Source: an uncultured bacterium (GTDB lineage: Bacteria > Auribacterota > Erginobacteria > Erginobacterales > Erginobacteraceae). From it: 64,000 nt of DNA. The DNA lies in assembly GCA_963822585.1 (NCBI GenBank), contig CAWGIE010000031.1, positions 64,001-128,000 of the forward strand, written 5' to 3'. The position numbers were made by a program, and so were the translations under genes. The notes under the pieces were generated by a model that was not told the DNA's origin, searched no databases, and saw only the letters and a program-made list of their open reading frames with translations. Shown piece by piece: positions 21,096 through 31,538 of the stretch (its first letter is position 1; each line of letters starts with the position of its first letter).

Positions 21096-22286
21096 TCAGG
21101 AGCGGGTCTGCCCCTTTCCGTATTGATCGAGTAAACTCTGAACAGCCTCGAACACCTCTCCCACCCCGATATCCTTCAAGCACAGATTATCCCGGCATTC
21201 GGAAGACTTGGCCCGAGTGGTGGTTATACAGGGACTGCAATAACGGCCGGAATAAAACACCCAGTGGCGGGGACCCTCCGGCGGTCCGTACAACTGCGGG
21301 GTTTCCGGACCGAAAAAAGAGATAGTCGGGGTATCCACGGCCACGGCCCAATGCAGAAGCCCGGAGTCGTTGGTGATTAATATCGAACACATCCCCAAAA
21401 GGGCGATAGTAGCCGGTATCGAAAGCTCACCGACCAGGTCGCGGAAGCGATTTTCCCCCGTGAAGTGGTCGGAAAAAGACTGCGCCTCGGCTTTTTCTTC
21501 GGGACCGCCGGTCAGAATTATCGCCGCCCCGGTATGGTTCAAAATCAGCCCGAGCAGTTCGCGAAAACGATCAAGGGGCCACTGGCGTAAGGGACAGAGG
21601 GGAGAAGCACCGATATGGACTGCAATCAGCGGACGATCGGAAGCAAAGCCGCTGCGGGAAAGAGCCTCCCGGGCACTTTCCCGGTCGGCTTTACCGATAT
21701 CGATCGAAGAAAGCTCATAGGAAGCCATCCGCACCCCCAGTTCTTCGGCAACGGCACCGAAGATGCGCCGGATGTGACGACGGTGATTGAAGTGAACCGG
21801 AACGTCCAGCAGCCGCCGACGGAGCCACTGTCTTTCGGCGAATCCAACCCGGACACGGCTTCGCTGGATAGTCTGCAAAGCGAGCGCCAGCCAGGTATAA
21901 TACTCCAGATTGATAGAAATGTCGGGCCGCGGGGAGAGCAGAAGCCTGACAACCCCCCGGACGAGTTCCGGGATTCCGGCAAGGGAAATTCCGTATATCC
22001 GGTCGAATATCCCCAGAGACCGGATGAAAGGGCTATGGTTCTTGGCGGTGACAATCTCGAAGACCGTACCAGGGTAAGCTTCTCGCAGGGCCTGTAAGGC
22101 GGGGGTGGCCAGAAGCAGGCTTCCCATACCGAAGAGTTTGATCACCCGGATTCGCCGGACATACGGCACCTTTTGGCCGGGGATGAATCTGGAGTTCCGG
22201 TGCAGAAGAGGAGAAAGCATCCAGGCCAGGAAAGACGCCGGTTTGCCCAGCCAGCGATCGCACCAGCGCATAAATTCGAAAGTCAT
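21096..22286 (-). CDS. GT9 heptosyltransferase-family glycosyltransferase
   Basis: GMGSLLLATPAL, RQWP, ILTGG, ITNDSGLLHWAVA...FFGP. Confidence 0.9.
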   Translation of the reverse strand: MTFEFMRWCDRWLGKPASFLAWMLSPLLHRNSRFIPGQKVPYVRRIRVIKLFGMGSLLLATPALQALREAYPGTVFEIVTAKNHSPFIRSLGIFDRIYGISLAGIPELVRGVVRLLLSPRPDISINLEYYTWLALALQTIQRSRVRVGFAERQWLRRRLLDVPVHFNHRRHIRRIFGAVAEELGVRMASYELSSIDIGKADRESAREALSRSGFASDRPLIAVHIGASPLCPLRQWPLDRFRELLGLILNHTGAAIILTGGPEEKAEAQSFSDHFTGENRFRDLVGELSIPATIALLGMCSILITNDSGLLHWAVAVDTPTISFFGPETPQLYGPPEGPRHWVFYSGRYCSPCITTTRAKSSECRDNLCLKDIGVGEVFEAVQSLLDQYGKGQTRS

Positions 22287-22864
22287 AATAATCGGTTCTC
22301 CGCGGAGACGGGGAATTGCCGGCGATCGCCGGGGTCTTATAACCGCCGCCTTGTCGAGATCTCGAAAGGGGAACTTCTCCGCTCTTAGAGATGGTGATTT
22401 CTCCCGGCGGCCAATGTATCATCCGCATGGCGGCTCTTCAATGTTTTTTGACAACATATTTTTTAGCAGCCCGCCGCCCCAGATGGATCAGTTCCCGCAA
22501 ATTGAAGAGGCTATTTATAATCAGATCACACCCGTGTGTATAACGTTCACAATCCGCTACAAACCGTCCCGGCGATCGGCGGCGGTCTTCAACCTCTGTC
22601 TGCTGATGATCGCCTCAGATTATGGCTCACCCCACAGACATTGTCCACTTTTCAGGGGAGCATCCCGTAGGAATAAAATCTTCCCCCAACACCGGTATTG
22701 TTATTGATCAACCTTAACCCTATCGGGATTTGAACCAATCCAGCGGGGCGATCTTGATTGAACAAACAGAACAAACAGATTTTGGATTTGCATTAACCAG
22801 ACAGATCGTTATTATGGTAACGTAGAAATTAAATTGAGCTGCCATCACTTTGATCAACCCGCAT

Positions 22865-24340
22865 ATGAAATTTTCACTTAAATTCGCACTAACGGCAGCG
22901 GGATTCGCTCTATGTTCGTTCTCCATGGCCGCCGAGCCCGAATTCTCTGCCCTCACCGGTACCGGGGGGAGACCGCTGATCGTTTTATTTTCTTTCGACA
23001 CCCTGCGGGCGGATCACTTAAGCTGCTACGGTTACCATCGCCGGACATCCCCCTTTATCGATGAAATGGCCAGAGACTCCGTTCTCTTCTCCAATCCGAT
23101 CAGCCAGGCCCCCCTGACCGCTCCCGCCCACGCCTCCATCTTCACCGCCCTGACTCCGGCAGTTCACCTGGTCAATAACCCCAACGATACCGATCCGGAT
23201 ATTTATAATACCCTTCCCCCCGAGGTTCCCACCCTGGCCTCGGTTTTAAAAGCCGCTGGTTACCTGACCGTGGGGATGCACGGTGGAGGCTGCCTCTCTT
23301 CCGACTTCGGCTTCGACCGCGGGTTTGATTATTATTCCAAGGACTTCTTCTTCAACTTTCAGACGGTTTATTACCGGCCGGAGCGGGAATTGCGGTCCAT
23401 CCGGAAGTGGCTGAAAGAGAGCCGTGACCAGGGAAAACCTTTATTCTTATTTCTCCATCACTTTCTCTGCCATCATCCCTACCTCCAGTGTCCGTCTGAA
23501 TTCGAACTCCGTTTCTTGCCAAAACCGGTCCCGGGTTTGCCGATTGACCGAAGCGGGCTGTTGAAGAATGAAGATCCGGGTTGGGGGATCTGGGATGAAA
23601 ACAGCGTCTGGCGCGATGTCGATCTCAATCGTCCCGATCACAATAATCATATCGTCTCACTTTATGACGGGAGCATCGCCTATGCCGATACTATCTTCCG
23701 GGATCTGCTGAATATCCTGAAGGAAGAAGGCTTTTACGAAAACTCCCTCATAATATTGACCGGGGACCACGGAGAAGAATTCAACGAACACGGGGGGAAG
23801 ATGCACGGCCGGCTCTTCATCGAGCACCTTCATGTTCCCCTGATCATCAAGTTCCCCGGCTACCGTTACGCCGGTAAAAAAATCCCGGATTTGGTCAGGA
23901 CAATGGATATCCTTCCCAGTATCTGCGATTACCTGGATATACCTCCCCCCCCCCGGATCCAGGGGGTTTCGATGCTCCCCCTTCTCCAGGGGAAGGGCCG
24001 ATATGCCCCCTTGATTTCCAGCTACGCCCTGGCCTACCAAGGTCCCCACTCCCGGGAGATGGACATCTCCGAGCGGCTGGTCAAGGGGGACTGGGCTTAT
24101 TCAAACCTGGAATGGAACGGTCAGACGGAATGGCTCTTCAATATTGCCCGGGATCCGGGCGAAAAGTTAAACCTTGCTCTGGTGAGAAAAGAAGTTCTCA
24201 AGGAGATGCGATCAGAAGCCGAACGCCTCAAAGAAGAGAATAAAGATTTTCAGAAAAACTTCGCCTCCGGTGAAGGAAGCGCCGCTCCCCTGGGAGATAA
24301 AGTTAAAAAACAACTCAGGGCGCTGGGGTATATCCGCTAA
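22865..24340 (+). CDS. Secreted sulfatase/alkaline-phosphatase-superfamily protein (Thr at the nucleophile position)
   Basis: Signal peptide, DTLRADH, TAPAHASIFT, HHPY, YDGSI, GDHGE, HVPLII, C-terminal LRALGY. Confidence 0.85.
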   Translation: MKFSLKFALTAAGFALCSFSMAAEPEFSALTGTGGRPLIVLFSFDTLRADHLSCYGYHRRTSPFIDEMARDSVLFSNPISQAPLTAPAHASIFTALTPAVHLVNNPNDTDPDIYNTLPPEVPTLASVLKAAGYLTVGMHGGGCLSSDFGFDRGFDYYSKDFFFNFQTVYYRPERELRSIRKWLKESRDQGKPLFLFLHHFLCHHPYLQCPSEFELRFLPKPVPGLPIDRSGLLKNEDPGWGIWDENSVWRDVDLNRPDHNNHIVSLYDGSIAYADTIFRDLLNILKEEGFYENSLIILTGDHGEEFNEHGGKMHGRLFIEHLHVPLIIKFPGYRYAGKKIPDLVRTMDILPSICDYLDIPPPPRIQGVSMLPLLQGKGRYAPLISSYALAYQGPHSREMDISERLVKGDWAYSNLEWNGQTEWLFNIARDPGEKLNLALVRKEVLKEMRSEAERLKEENKDFQKNFASGEGSAAPLGDKVKKQLRALGYIR

Positions 24341-24580
24341 CCGCCGCGAACCTTTCTGTCCCCGGCTGGACTGCCGCGGACCCGGATATCGGGGCGGCGT
24401 TCTCAACGCCCGGGGCGCTCTTTCTTCTCCCCCGGGACAGATTGCTTTCGGGGGCGCCTTTCCCAACGCTAAGCATATCTTCTCTTCTTCGGGCAGGTGT
24501 GAGCAAACCCGGAGCCGTCAGCCGTTGTTGCCGGCGGGGACGATCAGGTGAAATCTAACCCAGGCCGAGGATAAGGCGAT

Positions 24581-26476
24581 ATGTCGCATTTAATCACCGA
24601 TCATTCAAGATCCGGCAGCCTGAAATTCTATATCATTATTTTTGCGGGGATTTTGGTTTATATAGGATTTCTTGTTCTCAGTTATCAGTATCTTTTCGTC
24701 AAGGGACAACTGGGCCTGCAGCATTACCCGGACGCGGTGCGCAATGGCGTCGCGCTGGTTCCGGAAGATTTTATCCGGCCTTTTGACACCTGGCTTTTTG
24801 AATTCGGCCTATCCCGCCCGCGCTACCTGAGCGATATTGTCGAATTGCTGGATATCAAATTCCGGATCTGGCTGTTCAACCAGGTCATCCCCCACCCCAC
24901 TCTTTCCATAGCCTGGATATTCAGTCTGATCCTGGCTCCCCTCCTACTGTTTAAGCTGATCGAGAATATGACGAAAAGCCGGACGGCGGCCTGGATCGGG
25001 ATATCCCTGTATTGCGCTTCCAGCGGCTTCCTGTATCCCATTACCCTCTACGAGCAACCCGCGAAGCAACTGACCAATTTTTTTGTTATTCTCTGTCTTT
25101 ATCTTGCCTCGCGTATTACCGCCTCCCCGCAGCAGAGGGGTCATTTAACTGCCGCGGATTGGAGAAGATACCTGGTCCTGTTGGGAGCGGTATTCCTGAC
25201 CTTTAACACGGATGAGTCGAGCTGGATTATCTATATTGTCCTCCCGATTCTGTTCCCCGCTCTGTTTCTGGCGAAACAGAAGAAATTGCTCATTATCGGG
25301 CTGTATCTGCTGCCGCTTATCGCCTTTCTCTTAACTGTGACTTACCTGCTGCCGTTGATTACCGATCATTGCGGGTTTACAAGATTCGATTTCTGGGAGC
25401 CCCTGAAAAGATCAAGCCCTCATTACAAAAATCCCGTGCCCCTGATGAAATGGTTGATTTACAGCGCCCGCACCGGGGCTGGTCTGCTTAAAAGTCAGTT
25501 TGTGCGCTGGGATGCCAACTGGAGTGTCATACATTCCGCCGTTCTCGGATATTTTATCTATCTTTTTGCCCAGATGCCACCGTTTCGCAAGAAACTGATG
25601 CTCCGGACAGTAATCGTTATGTGCGTATTCATTCTCTTCCAAAGCCGGCTGAATATAATGGGGTCACCCACTCCTCTGGAGTATCCGTTTTATTACAACA
25701 GTTTATTTTCTCTTTTCCTGGTATTTCCGTTGTCAATTCTCCTGCTGCCGACAAATCAAAAGCAAATCATCAACTATCTCAACCAGTCTCTGTTTGTGAT
25801 AATCGTCGCGCTTTTGGCATATAACTTCTTTAAAATTAACGAGTTCTGTCTTCGGGAGGAGCGGGACGGGCAAGGAGCCCTGACCTACGCAATGGTACGC
25901 CGGGCCTGGCGCAGCCGGAACGATAAGGCCACCCTGGCACAGATGCAGCCCCATTATCCCCCGGCATCTGCCTGGATGTTCTTCGGCTGGTCCATCAGGG
26001 ACGGCCTCGATCAATACACGGAGAAGCGTATTGCCGATTCTTCGAACTTGCCGGGGAAAGAAACGGTAGTGACCGCTTCTTCGTATAATTTATTGTATGA
26101 AGGTGTCGAAGCGTTGTTCGATGGCGATCCCGATACCTTCTGGCAGCCGACACTGACGGTGATGTTGAGGCCGACATGGCTGATCATTGATTTCGGCGAG
26201 GGAGAGTTGAAAAATGTCAGGAACCTGGCCGCCCGACCCCGGCCGGGGCATCCAGATAAATTTTTCGGCAACGCGGCGCTCTTCGGCGGCCACGATGGGA
26301 AGAACTGGGAACTGATCGCTCCCATCGTGCAGAAGGCTCCTCCCCGGAACAACGATTGGATTCAATGGTCTTTCCCCAACGACAAGGCTTATCGCTATTA
26401 TAAATTCGAAATCTATGACGGAAACAACCCGCTGCGAAGATTCAATTCGATGGCGGAATTATCCCTGAGGGAGTGA
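24581..26476 (+). CDS. Multi-pass membrane protein (GT-C-like) with C-terminal discoidin/F5-8 type C domain
   Basis: Paralog of 8236..10290 (KFR.W.F, LS..WIFSL.L.P, AW.GISLY); C-terminal LFDGDPDTFW...WLIIDFG...YRYYKF...MAEL. Confidence 0.7.
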   Translation: MSHLITDHSRSGSLKFYIIIFAGILVYIGFLVLSYQYLFVKGQLGLQHYPDAVRNGVALVPEDFIRPFDTWLFEFGLSRPRYLSDIVELLDIKFRIWLFNQVIPHPTLSIAWIFSLILAPLLLFKLIENMTKSRTAAWIGISLYCASSGFLYPITLYEQPAKQLTNFFVILCLYLASRITASPQQRGHLTAADWRRYLVLLGAVFLTFNTDESSWIIYIVLPILFPALFLAKQKKLLIIGLYLLPLIAFLLTVTYLLPLITDHCGFTRFDFWEPLKRSSPHYKNPVPLMKWLIYSARTGAGLLKSQFVRWDANWSVIHSAVLGYFIYLFAQMPPFRKKLMLRTVIVMCVFILFQSRLNIMGSPTPLEYPFYYNSLFSLFLVFPLSILLLPTNQKQIINYLNQSLFVIIVALLAYNFFKINEFCLREERDGQGALTYAMVRRAWRSRNDKATLAQMQPHYPPASAWMFFGWSIRDGLDQYTEKRIADSSNLPGKETVVTASSYNLLYEGVEALFDGDPDTFWQPTLTVMLRPTWLIIDFGEGELKNVRNLAARPRPGHPDKFFGNAALFGGHDGKNWELIAPIVQKAPPRNNDWIQWSFPNDKAYRYYKFEIYDGNNPLRRFNSMAELSLRE

Positions 26477-26489
26477 CCCAGGAGCGCTA

Positions 26490-27971
26490 ATGAGCGGCAA
26501 ACCGTTAAAAATTCTCTTCGTCATCTTCGACAACTTCCAGACCGAGCGGCTGGGAATCCAGATCCTCTCCACCATCGCCCGGGAAGAAGGTTTCGACCGC
26601 CGTCTTTTAATCCTCAACCGGCAGGAGAGCGAAGAGGCCCTCCGGGAGGCTCTGGACTACCGGCCGGAGATCGTGGCTTACAGCGCCATGACTTTCGAGC
26701 AGTACGATCTTCAGAAATTCAACCGCAGCCTGAAAAACCGGGGATTGCAATTTATCTCCATCTTCGGTGGTCATCATTACACCTTCTCGCCCGAAGAAAT
26801 TCACCGTGATGACGCGATTGACGTCATCTGCCGGGGAGAGGGGGAAGCGGCCTTCCGGCAGTTCATCCGGGCAGTTCGGGAAGGCACGGACTACCGGCGA
26901 ATTCCCAACCTGCTGGTCCGGGACGGGAATGCCGTCGTCGAAAACCCCCTGGCTCCCCTGATTACCGATCTCGACTCCATCCCCTTCCCCGACCGGAACC
27001 TCCTCCCCCTCTTCGAATCCGGGAGTCAGATCTTCGGCCGCAGCGTCTCGGTGATGTTCGGCCGGGGCTGCCCCAATCAATGCACCTACTGCTACAACTC
27101 CCAGTGGAACCGCTTATACCGCGGCTCCCGGATCTGCCGTCACCGGACCCTGGACAATGTCCTGCGGGAGATCAAGGAGATCCTGGCCGAGCACCAGCTC
27201 GACTTTATCTACTTCCACGACGACAACTTCGCCCTCCTCCCCCGGGAGGTGATCGCCGAATTCTGCCGACGCTACCCGGAGGAGGTCGGGCTGCCCTTCT
27301 TCGCCCAGTTCCGGGCCGAGTTCATCGACGAGGAACTGGTCGTGATGCTGAAACGGGCCGGTCTCTTCTTGACCACGGTCGGGGTGGAGTGCGGGGACGA
27401 AGAGGTAGCGGCCACACTTCTCAAACGGGGCCGGGTTACCAACCAAGATATCATCCGGGCTTTCGACATCTTCAATAAGCACAAGCTGAGATCTTTCTCC
27501 CAGAATATGGCTTGTTTCCCTATTCCCGACCCCCTGGAGACCGACCTGAAGACCATCCGGCTCAATATCCGCTGTCGTCCCACTTGGGCCAGTTTCGCCA
27601 TCCTGATCCCCATCCCCCATACCGAGATCTGGAAGTACGCGATCGAACAAGGTTACCTGGAGAAAGACGCTTTTGATCGGCCGGGCAAGCTGCCCTCGGT
27701 CTTCACCCGGAGCCGGCTTGACTATCACAACCCCCGACTCTCCGACCGTCTGGAAAACCTCCACAAGTTCGCCTCGATCACGGTCAGGTTTCCCTTTCTC
27801 CTCCCCCTGGTCCGCCTTTTGATCAAGCTTCCCCCCAACCCCCTCTTCCAGTATCTGCATTTCTTCTGGTACGGATACTGGAACACGGTCGGCCTCTTCA
27901 GGACCAAGCTCTCTTTCAGCTTGATCTGGCAGGGGCTGAAGACCATCCGGCAATACCGAAAGAAACACTGA
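26490..27971 (+). CDS. B12-binding domain radical SAM protein
   Basis: RLGIQILS, GGHHYT, RGEGE, GRGCPNQCTYC, FHDDNF, VGVECG. Confidence 0.92.
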   Translation: MSGKPLKILFVIFDNFQTERLGIQILSTIAREEGFDRRLLILNRQESEEALREALDYRPEIVAYSAMTFEQYDLQKFNRSLKNRGLQFISIFGGHHYTFSPEEIHRDDAIDVICRGEGEAAFRQFIRAVREGTDYRRIPNLLVRDGNAVVENPLAPLITDLDSIPFPDRNLLPLFESGSQIFGRSVSVMFGRGCPNQCTYCYNSQWNRLYRGSRICRHRTLDNVLREIKEILAEHQLDFIYFHDDNFALLPREVIAEFCRRYPEEVGLPFFAQFRAEFIDEELVVMLKRAGLFLTTVGVECGDEEVAATLLKRGRVTNQDIIRAFDIFNKHKLRSFSQNMACFPIPDPLETDLKTIRLNIRCRPTWASFAILIPIPHTEIWKYAIEQGYLEKDAFDRPGKLPSVFTRSRLDYHNPRLSDRLENLHKFASITVRFPFLLPLVRLLIKLPPNPLFQYLHFFWYGYWNTVGLFRTKLSFSLIWQGLKTIRQYRKKH

Positions 27972-28004
27972 CCAGAACGCCCTCATCAAGAGAGTTCCGG
28001 CCGG

Positions 28005-30062
28005 TCATTCCGCCGGGGTTCGGACGGGACGCGACGGCCTCGGTACTGCGAACGGCGGCACATCCTTTCCGGCCGGAGAGAAAAAGGAGCCAAACGTCTT
28101 TCCGGGGACGATCAGGGGGCCAATCACTTCCGCCTCTCCCTCGGTCCGCACCACCAGCCGGGCCTGCTCCGCTTCCCCCCGGAGGCGGAAGGAGTGGATT
28201 CGGAAGGACCAGAAATAAGAAAGTCCCGTCTCTTTCGCGATGACGGCCTCGGGGACGGAAACCGCCGCCGGTCCCTGGTGCCGGATCGCGAAGATCATCA
28301 CCGGATCCTCGATTCCCGGGGGGAGAGGGAGTTCGGCTCGCCATTGGCCGGCCGGCAGCGAGATAAAGGAGACCTCTCCCAGGAGATCCTCGACCACCGC
28401 CGCCGGGGTCTTTTTTCCGTCGACGGAGTGCCAGACCAGCCCCGCGGCGTCCGGCCCGGCCGCTTTCCGGATGGCCGCCAGGTCCCAGACCACCCCGGCC
28501 GGCATATCATAAAGACTATTGGCCGCCGCCCGGTATTCGTGTTCATCGACCCCGGCCCAGCGGAGGAACTGCCGGGGGTCGGCCCGGATTGAGCCTTCTT
28601 CAAAGTGACGGAGATAAAGCCGCGGCATCAGTGAACGATAGAGGGACCAGGGGGGAGATCCATCATCGAGCGTGTGCCAGGGCAGCCGCTCCAGTTCCCG
28701 GTAAACCCCGTCCGTCACATCCCGGAACTGGGGGTAGGAAACCAGGACCGGGGCGGGAAGTTCACCGCTCTTGATCCGATTGTAGAGCCGCAGGATCGCT
28801 TCCGCCCCGTACTTGTTTAAATAGGGGTCCGCCTTCACCGCCGAAGCGTTGGCGGCCAGATTCAAAACCGCGAGCGCGAGCAACCCCGCCAGCCAGGCGG
28901 AGATGATGAAGATCCGGCCGGACCGGAAGATATTCGCGGTGAACAGTCCTCCAACCACCAGGAGAAGTGCGACCAGGGGACGGTTGTAATAGGTGTTCTG
29001 ATGGAGGATATCCTTGCCCTCGGGGAGCAGTATCCCCCCGACCGCCGCCGTGGCGATCAGCCAGAAGAGAATCATCCTCCCCGACCCCTTCCAGGCTCGG
29101 GTGATCAGGATCAGCAGGATCAAGAAAACGCCCGCCAGGGCGGCGATGCCGGTTTGAACCCCGGAACGGGGATGAGACCAGCCGAAAGTGTAGGTGAAGA
29201 TATCCCCGGTATTGAGAGCCAGATACCTGAGGTTATAAACGATCTTTTCCGTCAGTGAAGGCATCGCGCGGAGGGTTCTCTCCGCCAGGGGCTCTTTCTG
29301 ATCGGGGGAGATTAGATCGGGAAGAACCAGCAAGAAGAGGAGCAATCCCGCTGCCAGAAGCAGGAGAAAAGAGGCGAGCAGCCGGAAGCGCACCGTTTTA
29401 AGCCAGGGCCAGCTGAGAAACGCCGCCGCCAGGGCGGGAAGGAGGAAAATGATGTACTCGTCGGTGAAGAGTCCCAGCCACCAGATGACACAGGCGGCGA
29501 TGACACAAATCCGCCGGCGGCCGCGGTCCTTTCCCCGCATCGCCAGCAATAGCGAAAGGATTCCCAGTATCTCCAGGGTCGCGAAATCCTTGGCGTAGCG
29601 GATGGGGGCGTGATGGCCGACCAGCACTTCTGTGGTCAGCAGCCAGAAACTGCCGGCGACGATGCCGGGGAGCCAGTCGCCGGACCATTGGCGGACCACG
29701 AAGGCAATCATAAACCCAATCAGGAAAACGCAGACTAGCGAGAGAGGAAGCCACAGAAACGGCCCGAACCAATAGTAAAGATGGGAGTAGAGGCGAGGAG
29801 TAAGGACTTCAAAAAACTGTGAGAACTGACGCTGGCGGTACTCGGTATCAGAGGCCCTCCAGACAAAGGCCTTCCTCCAGTCGAAATCGGCCAGGGAGGA
29901 ACTCAGCGGCCCCCCTTCCACTCCCTGCTGGAGAGCGTAATACCTCAGGCGGAAGATCTGGGGAGTACCGGACCGGACCGGGACCGTGGCCAGGAAGACC
30001 GCGAACAGCCCGATCATAACCAAGGCGAAAATAAAGATCGTAATCCTCAGTCCGCTTTTCAT
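28005..30062 (-). CDS. Multi-pass membrane protein (GT-C-like), distant relative of 8236/24581 with a different C-terminal domain
   Basis: RQRQFS, YAK, FTDE and YYN motifs align with RPRYLS, PAK, NTDE and YYN of 24581; about 10 TMs. Confidence 0.55.
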   Translation of the reverse strand: MKSGLRITIFIFALVMIGLFAVFLATVPVRSGTPQIFRLRYYALQQGVEGGPLSSSLADFDWRKAFVWRASDTEYRQRQFSQFFEVLTPRLYSHLYYWFGPFLWLPLSLVCVFLIGFMIAFVVRQWSGDWLPGIVAGSFWLLTTEVLVGHHAPIRYAKDFATLEILGILSLLLAMRGKDRGRRRICVIAACVIWWLGLFTDEYIIFLLPALAAAFLSWPWLKTVRFRLLASFLLLLAAGLLLFLLVLPDLISPDQKEPLAERTLRAMPSLTEKIVYNLRYLALNTGDIFTYTFGWSHPRSGVQTGIAALAGVFLILLILITRAWKGSGRMILFWLIATAAVGGILLPEGKDILHQNTYYNRPLVALLLVVGGLFTANIFRSGRIFIISAWLAGLLALAVLNLAANASAVKADPYLNKYGAEAILRLYNRIKSGELPAPVLVSYPQFRDVTDGVYRELERLPWHTLDDGSPPWSLYRSLMPRLYLRHFEEGSIRADPRQFLRWAGVDEHEYRAAANSLYDMPAGVVWDLAAIRKAAGPDAAGLVWHSVDGKKTPAAVVEDLLGEVSFISLPAGQWRAELPLPPGIEDPVMIFAIRHQGPAAVSVPEAVIAKETGLSYFWSFRIHSFRLRGEAEQARLVVRTEGEAEVIGPLIVPGKTFGSFFSPAGKDVPPFAVPRPSRPVRTPAE

Positions 30063-30101
30063 TATTATTCCTATGAGTTCTGCAAAACAGCAATTGCCGG
30101 G

Positions 30102-31529
30102 TCAAGGATTCGGTTTCCGCCGGGAAAAGAGGGTAGCTCCGATCGCTTTTGCCGACTGCCAGACCCACTTTATTTCCGAAGGGCTCCGGATGGTGGAGAC
30201 AAGATCTATGATCTTCCGGGGTCGAAAGTAAAACCGTCGGAAGGCCCGCCGGTAAAAATACTCCACATCTTCAGCCCTGGTTACCCCGATCTCGAAGAAA
30301 GCCCGGTTGCCGAAATAGCCGGTTTCGATTCCGTCCTGGGTCGGCACCAGAAATCTTCCTTCCCGCTCGATCTGGCTGTAGAGAGCGGTCCCCGGACACG
30401 GAGTGGCGATGGCGAATTTGGTCAGGTGGGGATTACACCGGATGGCAAATCGTATGGTACGCTCCATGGTCTCCGGGCAATCGCCGGGCAAACCTATGAT
30501 GAAGGCGCCGACAACGAGAATCCCCTCCTTTCTCAGCACTCGAACGGCCTGAGAAACCTTCTCCAACCGGCTCCCTTTACCGGCGGCGTCCAGTATCTCC
30601 TGGTCCCCCGATTCGATCCCGATAGTAGTGCTATAGACCCCGGCCCGCTTCATCAACCGGGGCAACTCCGGGGTTAAGTGATCGGCCCGGATTCCACTTA
30701 GCAGATTGACCGACAGACGGGTTGGAAGAGCCGCGATTCTTTCCAGAATCTCCACCGCCCGCACCCGGTTCAGGGTAAAATTATCATCGACCACATCAAT
30801 CTGCCGGACCCCGAAATCGCTCATCAAACGCCGGATCTCTTCCAGCACCCGGGCGGGCGAGTGAGCCCGGTAGCGATTCCCGAATACGCTTCTGCTGCAA
30901 AAGGAGCACCGGCAGGGGCAACCGCGGCTGGTCGTAATCGCGGCCACCGGCAGGCGACGGGCCCGGCCGTGATACAGGGGCATGCTCTCCAGCCGTTCCC
31001 AGGCCGGAAAGGGCAGTTCGTCAATATCAGCGATCAAAGCCCGGGGAGCATTCCTCCGAACCTGTCCACCCGAATCCCGCCAGACCAAACCATCGATGTT
31101 TTCAAAGCGAGCAATCCCCTTTTCCAAGACCGCGCATAGTTCTCTCAGAGTGATCTCCCCCTCCCCCACCACCACTGCATCCGCCCGGCTACGTTTCAAA
31201 CAGTGTTCCGGGATGGCGGAAGGGAAGGGGCCGCCCAAAATAACGGGAAGATGGGGGAATTGCCGCTTAAAAAGCTCGACCAGAGGAGGGACTCCCCGCC
31301 AATTGAGAATGTGGGAAGATATCCCGATCAGATCCGGGCGGCGGCGGGCGACTTCCTTCGCTACCAGTTCCGCCGGAAGGGCAGTGACATCGGCATCGAT
31401 GATCCGGCAGGAATGCCCCATCTCCTGGACCACGGCGGCAAGATAGGCCAGGCCCAGCGGAGAAGCGGTGGTGATCCGATTGACACCACTGCTGCCCGAG
31501 GAGACAGGAGCAATCAGGATGATATTCAT
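30102..31529 (-). CDS. B12-binding domain radical SAM protein
   Basis: SPLGLAYLAA, GGPFPS, VGEGE, SRGCPCRCSFC, VDDNF, IGIESG. Confidence 0.92.
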   Translation of the reverse strand: MNIILIAPVSSGSSGVNRITTASPLGLAYLAAVVQEMGHSCRIIDADVTALPAELVAKEVARRRPDLIGISSHILNWRGVPPLVELFKRQFPHLPVILGGPFPSAIPEHCLKRSRADAVVVGEGEITLRELCAVLEKGIARFENIDGLVWRDSGGQVRRNAPRALIADIDELPFPAWERLESMPLYHGRARRLPVAAITTSRGCPCRCSFCSRSVFGNRYRAHSPARVLEEIRRLMSDFGVRQIDVVDDNFTLNRVRAVEILERIAALPTRLSVNLLSGIRADHLTPELPRLMKRAGVYSTTIGIESGDQEILDAAGKGSRLEKVSQAVRVLRKEGILVVGAFIIGLPGDCPETMERTIRFAIRCNPHLTKFAIATPCPGTALYSQIEREGRFLVPTQDGIETGYFGNRAFFEIGVTRAEDVEYFYRRAFRRFYFRPRKIIDLVSTIRSPSEIKWVWQSAKAIGATLFSRRKPNP

Positions 31530-31538
31530 GATTTCAAG

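Noticed and set aside
22287..22864. Cobalamin riboswitch or hidden gene in the long divergent intergenic region
   Set aside because: No B12-box consensus recognised, and the short ORFs lack motifs. A covariance-model search would be needed to exclude it.
23945..23954. C10 tract as a phase-variation site in the secreted sulfatase-fold gene
   Set aside because: The gene is in frame (poly-Pro) and G/C runs are common here; there is no evidence of variation.
24581..24610. Fourth heptamer element (MSHLITDHS)
   Set aside because: Only about two degenerate units and no opposite arm; may be chance.
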